Of a DNA stretch of 64,000 nucleotides, positions 1 through 14,869 are shown one piece after another. The notes under the pieces are model-generated. The model did no database searches. It was given only the letters and a program-made list of their open reading frames with translations, and was not told the origin of the DNA. Origin of the DNA: Trichosphaerium sp. ATCC 40318 (Eukaryota; Protista; Tubulinea). Position 1 is the stretch's first letter; each line of letters begins with the position of its first letter. The position numbers and the translations under genes are program-made. The stretch is taken from assembly GCA_038496445.1 (NCBI GenBank), contig JALMLS010000376.1, positions 62,001-126,000 of the forward strand, in the 5' to 3' direction.

Positions 1-415
1 TTTTCAAGTTTCGCTTTGAGTGTATTGTAATCGGCTTTAGACTGTGATAGCTCTTCTTGAGCTATAGAGAATTTTTTTAGTGTCGGTTAAACGATTTTGT
101 AGGTACTAACCTTTTAAAAGGGCTGCTTCACTCTCACGCGCTACCTCTCGTATGTTCAGTGCTTTTGTCTGCGTATGTAAGTACTAAGAAGCCAATTGAA
201 GTAATTTACCTTCAGCTTTGAGTATTTTTCTTTGTAGTCGTTTCCTTTGTCTCCTGTACGCGCACGTTTGCTTGAGCCGTTTTGCTCATTCTCATCATTG
301 TAATGACGTTTTCTTGATTTGCTCTAACGGTTTTTATTAACACTTAGTCTCTTTATTTATCGCGTACACTATTAAGCGTTTTAGAATAGTCTGGGAAATG
401 CTTGGTCTTGGACAT
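1..415 (-). CDS. Coiled-coil protein of unknown function (5' part; runs off window start)
   Basis: Manual splicing of three GT-AG introns gives MSKTKHFPDYSKTLNS|SKSRKRHYNDENEQNGSSKRART...KEKYSKLK|TKALNIREVARESEAALLK|LKKSYHSLKADYNTLKAKLE; basic NLS-like patches and heptads. Confidence 0.6.
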
Positions 416-532
416 TGCGCGGGAAATACGTATTTGAAAAAAACACGACTTTACTTTGACTTTTTTTTTTCTTTGTAGAAAATGAGGCTGCGTAGATCAC
501 TTTTTTAATATTACAACGTCACTCATTTACTA

Positions 533-3500
533 TTATGATGACTGCAAGCTATTTAACTGTTTTTGTAGTTCTTTTTGCTTCATGTTACTCTTTGCAATGA
601 CAACGTAGAGATTATCTCTAGCTTTTTCAAGCTGTTTATATTTTGCTTCCCATTCGGCTATAGCCTTGTCTTTGACATCCAATTGTTCTCGCAATTGCTT
701 TACGTCATCGCTAGATTCTGGTGCATGGCTGGTTCCGTTTTGCTGACCATTGAACTACACAAATGTGAGGAGGAATAAAAAGATAAGGTAACAAAAAAAT
801 TTGTAAAAAAGCGTACATTTGCTTGAAGTTTTTGTGCTTTTAGAATATCCATTTCTCTCTTTACTGAGAACAACTCAGCTTCCAAGGTTGTGATTTTTGT
901 ATTAAGTGCAATTTTATCTTTCATGAGTATCTGAACACGTGGATCAGTGCCATTCTGTGTTCCCTTCGAAAAAAAAATTAGACATGTAGCGATGGTGGAG
1001 TTCTTTTGTACCGAGCTTGTTTGTGATTGTTCCAAAGCCTTGTTCTTGGCTTTCAAATCCTCTATTTGCTTCAATAGCTGAGCCTTTTCTCTTTTTATTT
1101 TAGAAAGTTCTTCGTCTTGATCTCTAATGATTTTCTTATAAGGAGCAACCATGTCAAAATTTTGAGAACTTGAAGATCTAAAAGCATAAAAACATTAGTA
1201 CTTCAAGCTAAACAGTTATAACATACGCCCCAGCCTCTTGTTTTTGCGGTGCATCGTAATGGTGTGGTTGTCTCCCAAGTTTTGCCAATGTACTATCTAC
1301 ACAGGAGTTTAGAACAAACGTGTATGAACAAGAGGAAGAAGGAGAAAAAAAAGAGAAAACATACCATAAACTACATTAAACAAATCCGTAAAGTAGCTAT
1401 CGTAAAAAATCATCTTTGTTTCGTCTTGATTCTGTAATACAACCTATAAAATAGCCAGTATTGAGCAAATAATTTGTATTTAATAGCGGTACATACCTTG
1501 CCTTGTTCTGCATTTATAAAGTCTTCGCTTTTTTTTAAATGCTCAAGTTTACCAGCAAAGATATCCTTGCCAATCTTATTCAACACAATCGAACGAACGC
1601 GCTCTCTGAATACAGTAAGCACAATCACATCAAATTCTTTTACGTACCCATCTGTTGCACCAAGGCAAATCGCCAAAATAAGGGCACTAAGGCCAGTGAC
1701 ATGAAAATTTCCAGAGAGTTGTGTTACGGTATTTACAAGCTAGAAAACAACCCCATCAGAATATGTGTCTCATAAAAAGAATCAACGTACGAATGTTATG
1801 TTGGCTGAACTTTGAAGGAACGATGCTTTGACCTCTTCACAGTCATGTAGCCATGTACAAAGTAACCGAAGTAAGCCCTAATAGATAAAAAATGAGCAAT
1901 TGGTGGTTGACAAGCAACAAAAGAAAAAGGAAAGTAAAAAGGGAGCGTACAATTTGTATTTGGAGATGGACTTGTTGTTTTACTGCTTGTATTAGTGCCT
2001 TAGCAATTACTGCCAATAGGGAATCTGCATCATTTGTTGTAGGATCTGTTTGTATAAGGACGTGTAACATCTTTGTTTTACAATCTCTATTTCCACCCAA
2101 AATATATGAGAGCATAATACACGCATACCTTTAAAGTAATCAGAAAAAAAAAAAAAAAGAACAAGAAAGTATTCCTCTTTTTTTCTTCATAGAAAGTGTC
2201 AAATGACAATGTGTCAAAAAAAAATTTCCTCTTACCACGGTGAAATGTCTCTGGCGCTTTCCCAACTTAATAAGGTGTTCAATAATAATTTTCCAACAGA
2301 TTCCTTTGTGATATTTGTCTTTGCAGCATTTACAAGTGATCCTCCAAGACTACTTTGTCCCTTCTCGTTGCTGTGACAATAGCACTAGCAATACGTCAGT
2401 TTAAACATAAAAACAAAAACTATGCTCACCTTGATGACATGAAGCGCTGCTCTTCGTTCTTGGTGTACAGTTGAATTGAATAAAGTGATAACTTTGCACG
2501 TATTAGATATAATCACATCGCTACTATTCGTACCAAGTTTCAGCAAGCTTGATACCTCCTCTTTATTTTCTTTCCAAACAGCAGCTTCAAAAACATTTGT
2601 ATTATCTTGGTGACCATAAATAAGATAACCAAGTGTTTGTAATCCCTTTAACACATTATTAATAAATCAAGTAAATCGAATGTTAACGTACAGCAACACG
2701 TATTCTAGGTTCGTTAAGGCCACCAAGAGCCAATTTCATAACAAGATTTAAAATACCACGTTGATTGCATATAGTTTGAATCGCATAAGTATCTTTACAG
2801 TTTCCAGAGATTATAGTAGTCAACAACTTTAACGTCAAAGCTAATACTACTTTCTTATCATCCGTAATAATCCACATATCTGAGGCTTCCAAAGACAGCA
2901 ACTGTGGTAGCATAGACAAGTGTCCCATCTCCTTGAAATGACTCTAATTATAGAGTTAAAATTTGCTGATGTTCATTGATGACAAGTCACATTTATTGCA
3001 CGTGATCGTACTTGATTTTGAGGATTATCTTGTAAAAGATTTGTCATTACTTTCAATGCATCATGAACAACAATACTGCCGTTGTTTAGGCCTTCCTTTG
3101 ATATAATATCAAATATTTGCTCAAAAGCTCCTTGAAAAACTAGTAGCTTATTTACTTCTGCATTGCTTGAAGTAGAAAGCCCCATAACGATAAGTAAACT
3201 CTCTACAAGGAATAAAAGGTAAGATTTTGTGGAAAAAGCGTCGTGCTTTTCTCGAGAATGCTCGACACGTGTGTCGTACCGTTACGAACGATTTCCTCTG
3301 TACTGCCAAGCATAGCCATAATTCTCATTATTGCGCGATTATCTAGTATTGTCTGTGTAACTGCTGAGGTGTCCACTTGTAAGAAATTGTGTATAAGCTT
3401 GCAAGTGTTCCTTTTTTAAGCTTAGTGTTTTAAATGACAGGTAACGCAGTGCGTACCACAACAACATGTCATCACTCTCTTCCAACAAACTCAGGATAGT

Positions 3501-3979
3501 TGCGACGGCGTTGGGTCGCTACTATATCGTTAAAAAAAGAATTGGGTGTAGAATGGGTACCTGTAGAAGTTTTTCTATGTTAATTTTCGCCACGGCGTCA
3601 TATTTGTCCTAAATACGCGTGTAAGGACATTTAATTGATTTCAACGCTCAGTGATGACAACGCACTAAATCAGTTATGTTGATAAGTATGCTTAGTATAG
3701 ATCTAATGCTGGTGAGGTCTTGGCGTGACTGTTCCACAATATCCATCAACGTGGGTATACTATGCCCAATTTCCTTTTTCATAGCGTTATGTCATGCTGT
3801 AGCATATCAATACTAACCTGGATATTGTCGTTGCCTCGTTCTGACAGATCACCAATTTCGTTTAGTGCATTATGTCTGTCTTCGCCTGTGGTGTCTCGTA
3901 TACGTTCTAGTAGGGTTGGAAGTGCTTGAGCACTTGTTGGCGCTCCACCTCCAATTAACCCAGTTAGCCACCCCTGCAT
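533..3979 (-). CDS. USO1: USO1/p115 vesicle-tethering factor (armadillo head plus C-terminal coiled coil), multi-exon
   Basis: Exons read LPTLLERIRDTTGEDRHNAL and EVNKLLVFQGAFEQIFDIISKEG...IVVHDALKVMTNLLQDNPQNQ, typical of the p115 head; coiled-coil tail; TAA at 533-535. Confidence 0.85.
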
Positions 3980-4072
3980 GTTGTGTTTATGTCATACAGA
4001 GTCTGCAACGTTGCTTCCTGCCTTAGCCAGTAATTAAGTGTTCGTCTGACGTTTTGGCTGTAAACAAGTCAC

Positions 4073-6068
4073 ATGGTACGTAGCTTACGCTAATTAACTA
4101 TACATAGCTAATTAGCTCAGAGATTATTTCGAGCGACGGGTTTACGCCCAGCGTGCTCTGGACGCGTTGTCGCTGGCTCCTCACGCGTAAAATCGCAGTC
4201 AAAGTCTATTAGGCGTTATACAGAAAATGTACCTGATGCTAGCACTGTCGAGGTTACCCTAAAACACGACCCCAACGGACCAGCTCCAAACTCAAAAGCA
4301 AGTTATTTAGTGTTGGCTTGATTCTAACTCTTCCAGGTTAACGACTTTGCAGATGAAGACTTCCAAAACGCGTTCGCATGCGAGCAATTTTACGACCCGC
4401 CGCGCTATGAAGAAGCATGTGCAAGTTATTATAAAAGTATTAAAAGAGACAGAGAAAAGTTAAAAGAAACACCAGAGAAGAACCTACAGTTGCTGGAAAG
4501 CATAAATATGTGCGTAAAGGCAGGATTTGATTTTTTCATGAAGAAAACGAACAGTTTTTTTTGTAAAACTTTAATTATAGGCTTGCTGGTTGCCTAGATA
4601 AGGCAGGGCGTTATGATGAAAGTAGGAGGTGTATGATGGATGCGCATGCCATTTTAACAAGCAAGAGTGTGCCAAAAGACGAAGATACACAAATGTACTC
4701 ATAGTGGTTTTCCTTGGTTTCGTATACTTAGTCGTGTTTTAGTACTGTAAAGTATTGGCTTGGCCTTAATAGGCAAGATTATGCTCGTACAGAAGAGCGT
4801 TATGGTAACCTAAATTCTGCCCAAAAACTATTTAAAGAGGTGACAAAATGCAATGATTAATAATCACGTGTACCTAATGTTTGTTTTATATAGTCTCTTC
4901 AACTCACTGCTGAAACTGAACATGTTAAGAGTGCTGAATATGGAGATGTATGTGGAAATATTGCAATGTTATACGAGCAAGTTGGCAACTACAAAGAAGC
5001 AGAACCTTGGCATGTCAAAGCTATTCAATACAATTTCGATTGTCGTAAGTAAACCAAAGCTACATACTTCAAGTGCTCATATTTTAAATCAGAACGATGT
5101 GACTCACCACACGTGGCGTGTATGGTAAATCCTAAATACGTAGAGAATAAGCTTACGAAACAAGATTTAGATCTTAGGTAATGCAGTTCATCTTATCTAT
5201 GATTATTTGTTTACAAAAGGCTTCTTTAGAGTGTTACCACATCTAAAATTCAAGCTAGATTTTGTAAAAGAGGCTAACAAAGGTCTAAACCCTATTATAT
5301 ACGGAGGTCAACGTATATATTATGCTATAATGTTAATGCACGCTAAGAGGTACATTTGTTAATCTTACATAGTGAACGTCACATGTGATTTATTTCGCAA
5401 TACTTATTCAATACTTATTAAGGTATGAGGATGCATTTGCTGTGCTTGATGAAGTTGAATCAGACTGGAAACCAAAGTATGGTGATGAGCATGCAATGAT
5501 AGCTACTCTTGAGATGCACAGAGCACTTATCTGTGAACATGGTTTCAGGTTACAAGATGCTTGCAAACACTTTGAAGAGGCGATGCTGACTAGACAAGAG
5601 TTATTGGGTAAATGTTTACAGGACTATCATTATTAGCTAACTGTTGCTTGTCTCTTAGGTATGGACCATTTACATGTTGGTTTGACAAAGTACAGTTATG
5701 CTTCAGCGTTGTGGAAGACTGAGAAACGTGAAGAATCATATTTTTACATGGAAGATGCTAGAAGGATTTTGGAAATTCATCTAAGAAAGAGACATCCTTA
5801 CCTAAAAACTCTCGGCCAAACTATTTCTCAAGCAAAGGAAATGGCTGCATCTGCAGGATTAATCCTAATGTCAAAAGATGTAGAGAATACGAGTGAGCCT
5901 GCTTTGCCTGAAGATATGGTAAAGAGAGCAGAAAAAGAACTAGGAGACAAGAAATTGAACTATGAAGAAGAATATCCAAAAGCTCGTGAACTAAAGCAAC
6001 AATTGCTCGCTGAGTTGGATCTTGTAAAAGATGGTAAAATACCAAACCGTTATATTAAAGAAGAATGA
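4073..6068 (+). CDS. TPR-repeat protein with predicted mitochondrial presequence
   Basis: ATG-only first coding exon (4073-4075), intron 4076-4120, then MRLFRATGLRPACSGRVVAGSSRVKSQSKSIRRY (Arg/Ser-rich, no acidic residues); kinesin-light-chain-like TPRs (GNIAMLYEQVGNYKEAEPWH; LGMDHLHVG). Confidence 0.7.
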
Positions 6069-6162
6069 AAAAAGTAAGAACAACAAACCCAAGCGATTTT
6101 TTTTTTTGAAGAGAAGAATAAAATTTTGTGTAATCTTACAATTTGTACAAGTTTTATGTTTT

Positions 6163-7656
6163 TTATGATTTGTCAACAACCTTAAACGCAGATCTACGTG
6201 GTTCCTTTGTTGGAGGTCTATGTGCGTTCTTGGTTCGCGGACCGGGTGCCTTTTTCTTTGGTGGTACTCGTCTCGGGGGTGCCTTCTTGGGTGTTTGTTT
6301 TCTTGTCTTTCTTGGAACACGTTTCTTTCTTGTTGTTCTTCTCCTTACTGGTTTAACTTCTTCCTCTTCTTCATCCTCACTCACATCACCACCAAGTAAT
6401 CTAACAATCTCACTTTTGGGCTCTTTTCTTGAAGCAATAGATAATGGTGTATCCTTCCGTCTATCTTGTAGTGTTTGATCAGCCTTAAACTCAAGTGCCA
6501 ACTTGACCAAATCAATATCATTATAAATACAAGCCCAATGTAAAACTACAAAGTTGTAAGTAAAAATATTTGATTTCATTTTTAAGTCGCTTACTTGTTT
6601 TACCATCGCTATCTCTTGTATTAGCATTTGCGCCAAGTTCAAGCAATAATCTCATCAACGCCTTTTTTCGAGTGAGTAGGAGTAATCGATAACTTTACAG
6701 TCTTTTTTTTTTGTGCAATAAAAATCGCGTGTATAATTTTTTTGTTTTTCGTACAATGTCTTTTCTCTGCAAGGCTTTATGTAATGCAGTGAAACCTCTT
6801 GCATTCTTTTGATTTATATTTGCATTAGCTTCTTTAACGAGATAAGTGAGAACATCCTTATCTTTGGCCTTACAAATAAGTTAGCTCGTCTCTTGGCAAG
6901 TCTTGGGTATTTTTTTCAAATAATTTGTATCTCGTACGAGTAGTAGAGGCGTTACTTTATCTTCGTTTAACCTTTCAACGTTTGCACCATTATCAACAAG
7001 CACTTTTACGATATCTAGCTTTCCCATTTTTACAGCCTAAGGCGATGAGATGAAATTGAAGTTTGAAGAAAAGACATTAGCGTACACGCATTAGTGCTGT
7101 GTTGCCTTTCTTATCTGGAATGTCAATAGCAGCGTTATATTTTATCAACAGTTTTATGACGTCCAAGTTGTTTCGTTTATCGTTAATACACCTTTTGCGA
7201 GTTAGGAGTACGCGATTTATGGCAAAAAGTACCATTGTAATGGGGTTAGGTCAGAAGCGTTTTTTTGATCAATATTTACCGCTACAATTACGATTAACGA
7301 ACTACATACGCTGAGAGCGTACCTTGATCAGCAAGATAACGCACTACTTCTAAATGACCATAAAATGCAGCGTAGTGTAGAGCATTGTTATCTTGTACGT
7401 GTTAGCGACGTTACGCGTGCGTAGGTCATACCAAGTACAGTTTCGTTCTTATCTACGAATTGCGAGCTGCATAACTTTTTTACTTCTTCCAGGTCACCTC
7501 TACGGGCGCTCTATACCATGTTAACGTAGAACAAGTATTATTTAGTACTTCAACAAGCATGCCGGCCATCTTTGTACGTTTAGTAACAGGCCCATCGTCC
7601 TACTAAGTGTTAGCTAACGTATTAAAAGCTTTTCATGCCGTTTGTGTGCGCTTCAT
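6163..7656 (-). CDS. Ankyrin-repeat protein with acidic then basic C-terminal tail
   Basis: Spliced repeats NALHYAAFYGHLEVVRYLADQ, GNTALMRAVKMGKLDIVKVLVDNGANV, GFTALHKAL, TPLSIAS. Start uncertain (7656 via a GC-AG intron, or a downstream ATG near 7569). Confidence 0.8.
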
Positions 7657-7729
7657 TGGTTTAAGCCTTTATAAACGATGACCTGCTTTCTGTGAAAAAT
7701 TACAAAATGACACATCTTGATTAGACAAC

Positions 7730-7940
7730 ATAGCAAAGTTAAATCCTGCCTATTGCAGTAGGGCTCATGTGTAGGCATACCTGGCTGTGAGTCACAGCCA
7801 AAAAGCGGGTATTGGCCATGCCTAAATTGGCAAAAACCTTTCGTGTACATTCAGTACCTTTAAACCTTCAGCACAAGCATAAATCATGCGATTTGCAGTG
7901 ATGTGCAAGAGTGCGCCACTCAGCGAACGTTACTATTCCT
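7730..7940 (-). ncRNA. Candidate structured ncRNA (~210 nt), possibly RNase P/MRP-family-like
   Basis: Non-coding and GC-richer than flanks. Terminal helix ATAGTA/TGCTAT, several hairpins including a perfect TGGCTGTGA/TCACAGCCA, and a potential pseudoknot AGG-U-UUAAA/UUUAA-CUU. G-U pairs favour the minus strand. Confidence 0.45.
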
Positions 7941-8046
7941 TGTGGCTGTACGTGTTGACATATTCTCTTCACTGAAAGTTTCTAAACTTGTTTGATTGAT
8001 AGTTGCAAAAAGCAAGGAAATTTCTCTAAGTTTCAACGTCTCTGGT

Positions 8047-9791
8047 TTATTCAGATGATTTTAAAAACAAAGGAGTATCCCAATCGTCGGGTACAGGTAA
8101 AGGACTTGGTCCTAGTTTTACAACATCGTATAAGTCCATAAAATCTCTGTCTATCTTATCTTTTAACTTCCACACATACGAATTAGCGAGGCAAAACCCT
8201 TGCATAATAAATTAGTCACAATTTGAAGATAAGAATTACAGTACCTTTCCATGAACCAATTGCACGACCATCACCAGTCATAAGCAAACTTAAAAACCCT
8301 GTCTGTGGCGTAAACTAACACAATTGTAAGTAAGTTGCACAACAAAATAGAACGAGCGTACAATAGCCGGAGGCTTATTGGTCAATACGTTTATGATATT
8401 CTTCGCTGCAAAAGGACCAGCACGCACAGCATAAACCTATAAAGTTGTTCAATAGGTTGTCTATTACTGTATAAACTTACACCAGCTTTTTCAACATAAT
8501 CACAATCTTCAATAGAACAGCAGTCTCCACAAGCGAAAATATTCTTATATGATAAAGTTTGTAACGTCTTTGACACCTTGATGGATGGATGAGTAAAACG
8601 GGAGAAAGGGTATAACAATAATTGGTACCTTAATATAGCCTCCATCATCGAGGTCAAGCCCTGTGTCTTTTAAAAAAGCAGGTGCCTGAGCGCCTGTCGC
8701 CCATGCTACCATATCATATTCAAGCTCTTTACCATCATCTAAGATGATATGAGACGACATTGTAGAAATTAGATCGTTGTTGTACCAAGGCATATTTTGT
8801 TCTCATCTATGCTTTGAACTCGTGCTCCAAGTATAACATTAACATCAAGTTTCTTTAAATTCTTGGATGCAGTAGAGGCAACCCAATCGCTGTATCGTTT
8901 TAAAATATTCTTCTGATTACTGTCAATAACAGTGAACTATTGTTAAAGGTAAGAATTTTTTGAGGTGGTAGAAATGTCATCGGCCAGGGTTTGCGTACTT
9001 CTGTTTTAATACCAGGGTACACCTTATTAAAACGATGTTTGAACCCAAAGCAGAGTTCTACTCCAGCAGCACCTCCACCAACGATAACAACCCTTAAACA
9101 TAGTCAACACGGGACGCCATATATCTAATAGTACTTTGGATCGCGTTTCCATTGGTCAGCGGGATGAGAGAGCTCAAAATCCTTTATTTTTGTGAGAATT
9201 TCACTAATGGGTCTTGAGAAATAAAGTGTCAGTGTCAATAAGCTTTAAATGTCTTCATACCGCGTTGTAAGCGCGTGCTCCATGACGCCTGGGATATTAC
9301 ATGTATTTGTAACAGAGCCAACATCAAGTGACAACAAATGGTAAGGAATGGGCTCGAGCTACAACGTATTAATACGCCGCACAAGAAAAAAGCAACGTTG
9401 GAATATTCATTGTGAAATGACATACATCGTCTCCTGATTCCGACCGCGCATAAACTAGCTGCTCTTTTGGATCAATTTTATAAGCTGTAGCGTGTACAAA
9501 GTAAAATCCAGTCCATTTAGAGAGGGCTGGCAAATCCATCGAAATGTCGTCCCTATGTCATTTATTATTAGCGTTTAGGCTCTAATTTAGTTTAACGCAC
9601 TCGGTATATAGCGTAGCGACACAACCAGGTAGCATACCGCTGTAATACGCGTAAGGGTAGTTACATATTAAAATATATCTGTATTGGTCCAACGTTGCGT
9701 TTTTAGCGCGTTCTAGAGCAATATCTTTCATGACGCGTACATGCGCGTGACCACCGCCTATTAACACAACGTTACGCGCTTGTTCTTCCAT
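8047..9791 (-). CDS. Pyridine nucleotide-disulfide oxidoreductase (NADH dehydrogenase-like; family often found N-terminal to SelD), stand-alone
   Basis: VVLIGGGHAH, YSGMLPG, LSLDVGS, VVIVGGGAAGVEL, NIFACGDC, KAGVYAVRAGP, WKLKDKIDRDFM; TAA at 8047-8049; no SelD domain follows. Confidence 0.85.
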
Positions 9792-10093
9792 GTGATGGCT
9801 GTAGGTGTTTCTTTCAAGTCCCTGTAGTCAGGTAGTTTAGTTGTAGCGATAAGTCCGTTAATTCCGAGCAGGAGTTTTCTTTCCTAGAGTTGACAATTTT
9901 ATAACGACAAGACAAAGCCACTCCAATACCTTCTAAGCGGAACTCAAGTGTTTCAGTGTAATCCTTGCAGCTAGGACCCACTAATTTGAACTTTTTTTTG
10001 TTAGCTGGCAATGTAAAAGCAGGTAAACAACAATTATTAATCTAATGTTTTAATAGTTTACAAGTGGTTTGGCAAAATTTATCTTTTAGTGGT

Positions 10094-12595
<2,502 letters not shown>

Positions 12596-12719
12596 GTTTC
12601 TCGCGTACTCAGTTAAATAAAAGCGGCGGGAAAGTTTTAAATTCTGTACTTTGTGGCAAGTTTAAGTCACTGCTACTAAGCGAGGCATATTCTACGCTAG
12701 TTCATCAAAACAAGACAAA

Positions 12720-14753
12720 ATGGACTTTGACGACCTCGAAGATGCATTGGCCGACCTATCAGAACCATCGCTAGGTAAGTGTCAACAAAATGAATAAAAA
12801 TAAACCTGGAATAGCTGCCGGTGGTAGGTGTGAAGGTTCAAGCACCACAGCTATCAATAATAAGCCTGTCAAATTTAGAGTATTTCCAAACGATCCAAAA
12901 TGCCGTACAAAAGATGTACAAATACAAGTACAAGGTATAACAACATTTTTTACAGCGTCGCTTTATGCCGTTAACACATTTATGTGTACAGGACCAACTT
13001 TTCCGGCAATCGACCTCATCCATCTTTATGAACCTGAGAATGTATTTGAGGTTTGTTTTACGCCGAAACAACCAGGTACAATAATGACAGAATGTATTTT
13101 CGATTGTATGTAAAAAACTTTAAATTAGGATTGTACTATGGCATCGTATCCATCGCAGGGAAAGTAGCTGATGGTTCTCCTTACGAAATTAAAGTAAATG
13201 CTAAAGGTACATAAACCGTTTTTTTTCTGAAAAAAAGCACGTGTTTGCCATTCCCTCTTAATTGTTGCATAGCGCCAGCTGCAAAAACTGTACCAAAATT
13301 ATCTAGTTATACTCCTCCTCCAAAGAAACCATCAATTAAATCCTCAGCCCGAGTAATAACACAGCCAAAACCAAAACCAAAACCAAAGCCGACTGGTATA
13401 ACCAGTGCAGTTACGTCTGGAGCACCAGCACCTCCACCACCACCTAGCATAGAACAATTCACTGCTTCTCAGAATGAAGTGCCACCCACACAACCTATCG
13501 GAGATGACGATCCGCTTGCAGATTTTGCTCAAGAATTCACAAAGAAAGAGACAGTTTGTGGGTTCACATCACAACGTGAAAAACCAAAAGTAACACCAGG
13601 TGGTGTTATGAACAGATTACGTAAATTTGCTGAGGAAGACGAAACGCCTGCGCAACCAAAAAAGAGCTACACAGCACCTCCACCAAAGAAACTTGCAGTA
13701 AAAAAAGGTTTGTAATAATGTTAACTATTTGATTTCTTGACACTCTTCAGCCGAACCTTCAGGCCTTGATTTGGCATCAGACCCAGCATTTGCAGAATTC
13801 GCTGCTACTGCAGCTCAAGTACGTTATTAATACTATCACGTGATGCTGACAAGGCACTAGTCCAACGTTGTTGGGTTTTCTACAAAGACGGAAGAAGTTG
13901 AGATTCGTAGCGGGCTAGTAGGTCAAGCTGCAAGCTTGTTTCAAACGCCGAACCAATCTATTTCAAGGCCGAAAATGCATATAAATAAATCAGCATCCAC
14001 AAGAAAGTTCGCACCTGTTGAGGTACTAACTGAAACTGTTAAAGGTTGGCTAACTCTTGATACAGGCTGGATACTTATCAAATAAATATAACAGACCTTC
14101 TAAAGAGGAAGTAGCGTGCGTCAATGTCACAAGATTTGCTTTAGATACTTACAAGTAACCAGAAAACGACTTAATATAACTGCTAAAGTTCATGAAGATA
14201 GAGACTTGTTTGTAAGCCACCTACATGACAAGACTCATAAACGGTTTCTAATGTTATTTTCAAGGCAGAAGCTGAGGTTGTCACTGGGTTTGGGACACCG
14301 GCAAACGACGTTCGTATAGGTACACACGATGCCACGTTTATTGCTATATTGGTACCAAGTGTTACTAAAATAAAACAGGAGATAGTAGTGTAAAAGATAG
14401 AAGAGCAATGTTTGCACAACCAAAGACGTCTGAACCACAGACTTCAGGTGCACGTGATGCTGTCAATATCGGCCCTGGAGTCGTTAGCGACCGTCAAAAT
14501 AAATTCAAAAACCAAGGAGGAGACGGTGATAGCGAACAACGCACTGTGCGTCCAAAAGTTGAAGTTGATGCTGGTCTTGTAAGCGATCGACAAAATGTTT
14601 TCAATAAGAACGGAGGTACTAATACAATGCAATTTCTCACAACATGTTATTAAACACAAGTTTGTAGGAGAACCTGTTTCAAGAAACTTTACTGCATCGA
14701 AAGCACCTGCTAAGAAGCACGCTCAAATTTCACCTTCGTATGTAAAACTGTAG
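12720..14753 (+). CDS. Filamin/ABP120 Ig-domain protein with long Pro/Lys-rich disordered tail
   Basis: VKFRVFP...VQIQVQGP...FEVCFTPKQPGLYYGIVSIAGKVADGSPYEIKV filamin-repeat signature; PK and PPPP tracts; TAG at 14751-14753. Confidence 0.7.
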
Positions 14754-14869
14754 TGTATAACAGAAGAAAGAAAAAAAAAAAAGGAATTAGAAGTATTCTC
14801 TTTGTATTAAAAAAACAACCTTGAGGACCACCTGAGCATCTAGTTTGCTCGGATATGATACCACGCAAC

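Noticed and set aside
4510-4580. Apparent GC donor GCAGGA at 4520
   Set aside because: The frame requires the upstream GTGCGT donor at 4510.
6662-6754. Possible 8-nt microexon in the ankyrin gene
   Set aside because: A single phase-0 intron restores HKALQRKDI|ALMRLLL.
7750-7890. Short colinear word matches to a dicistrovirus IGR IRES (ATTTAGG, CCAGG.ATGCCTA, AGCCCT)
   Set aside because: SL-IV/SL-V hairpins and the PKI/PKII pairings could not be built; likely coincidence unless a covariance-model search says otherwise.
7745-7945. Resemblance to U2 loop IV (ATTGCAGT), U12 (AAGGAA..TAACG), U11 (TGAGTGGC) or a C/D snoRNA
   Set aside because: Only isolated short words; the conserved 5' ends, Sm site and canonical box C are missing.
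7950-9791. Selenoprotein/SECIS associated with the SelD-linked oxidoreductase
   Set aside because: No in-frame TGA in the spliced CDS and no convincing AUGA..AA..GA SECIS core.
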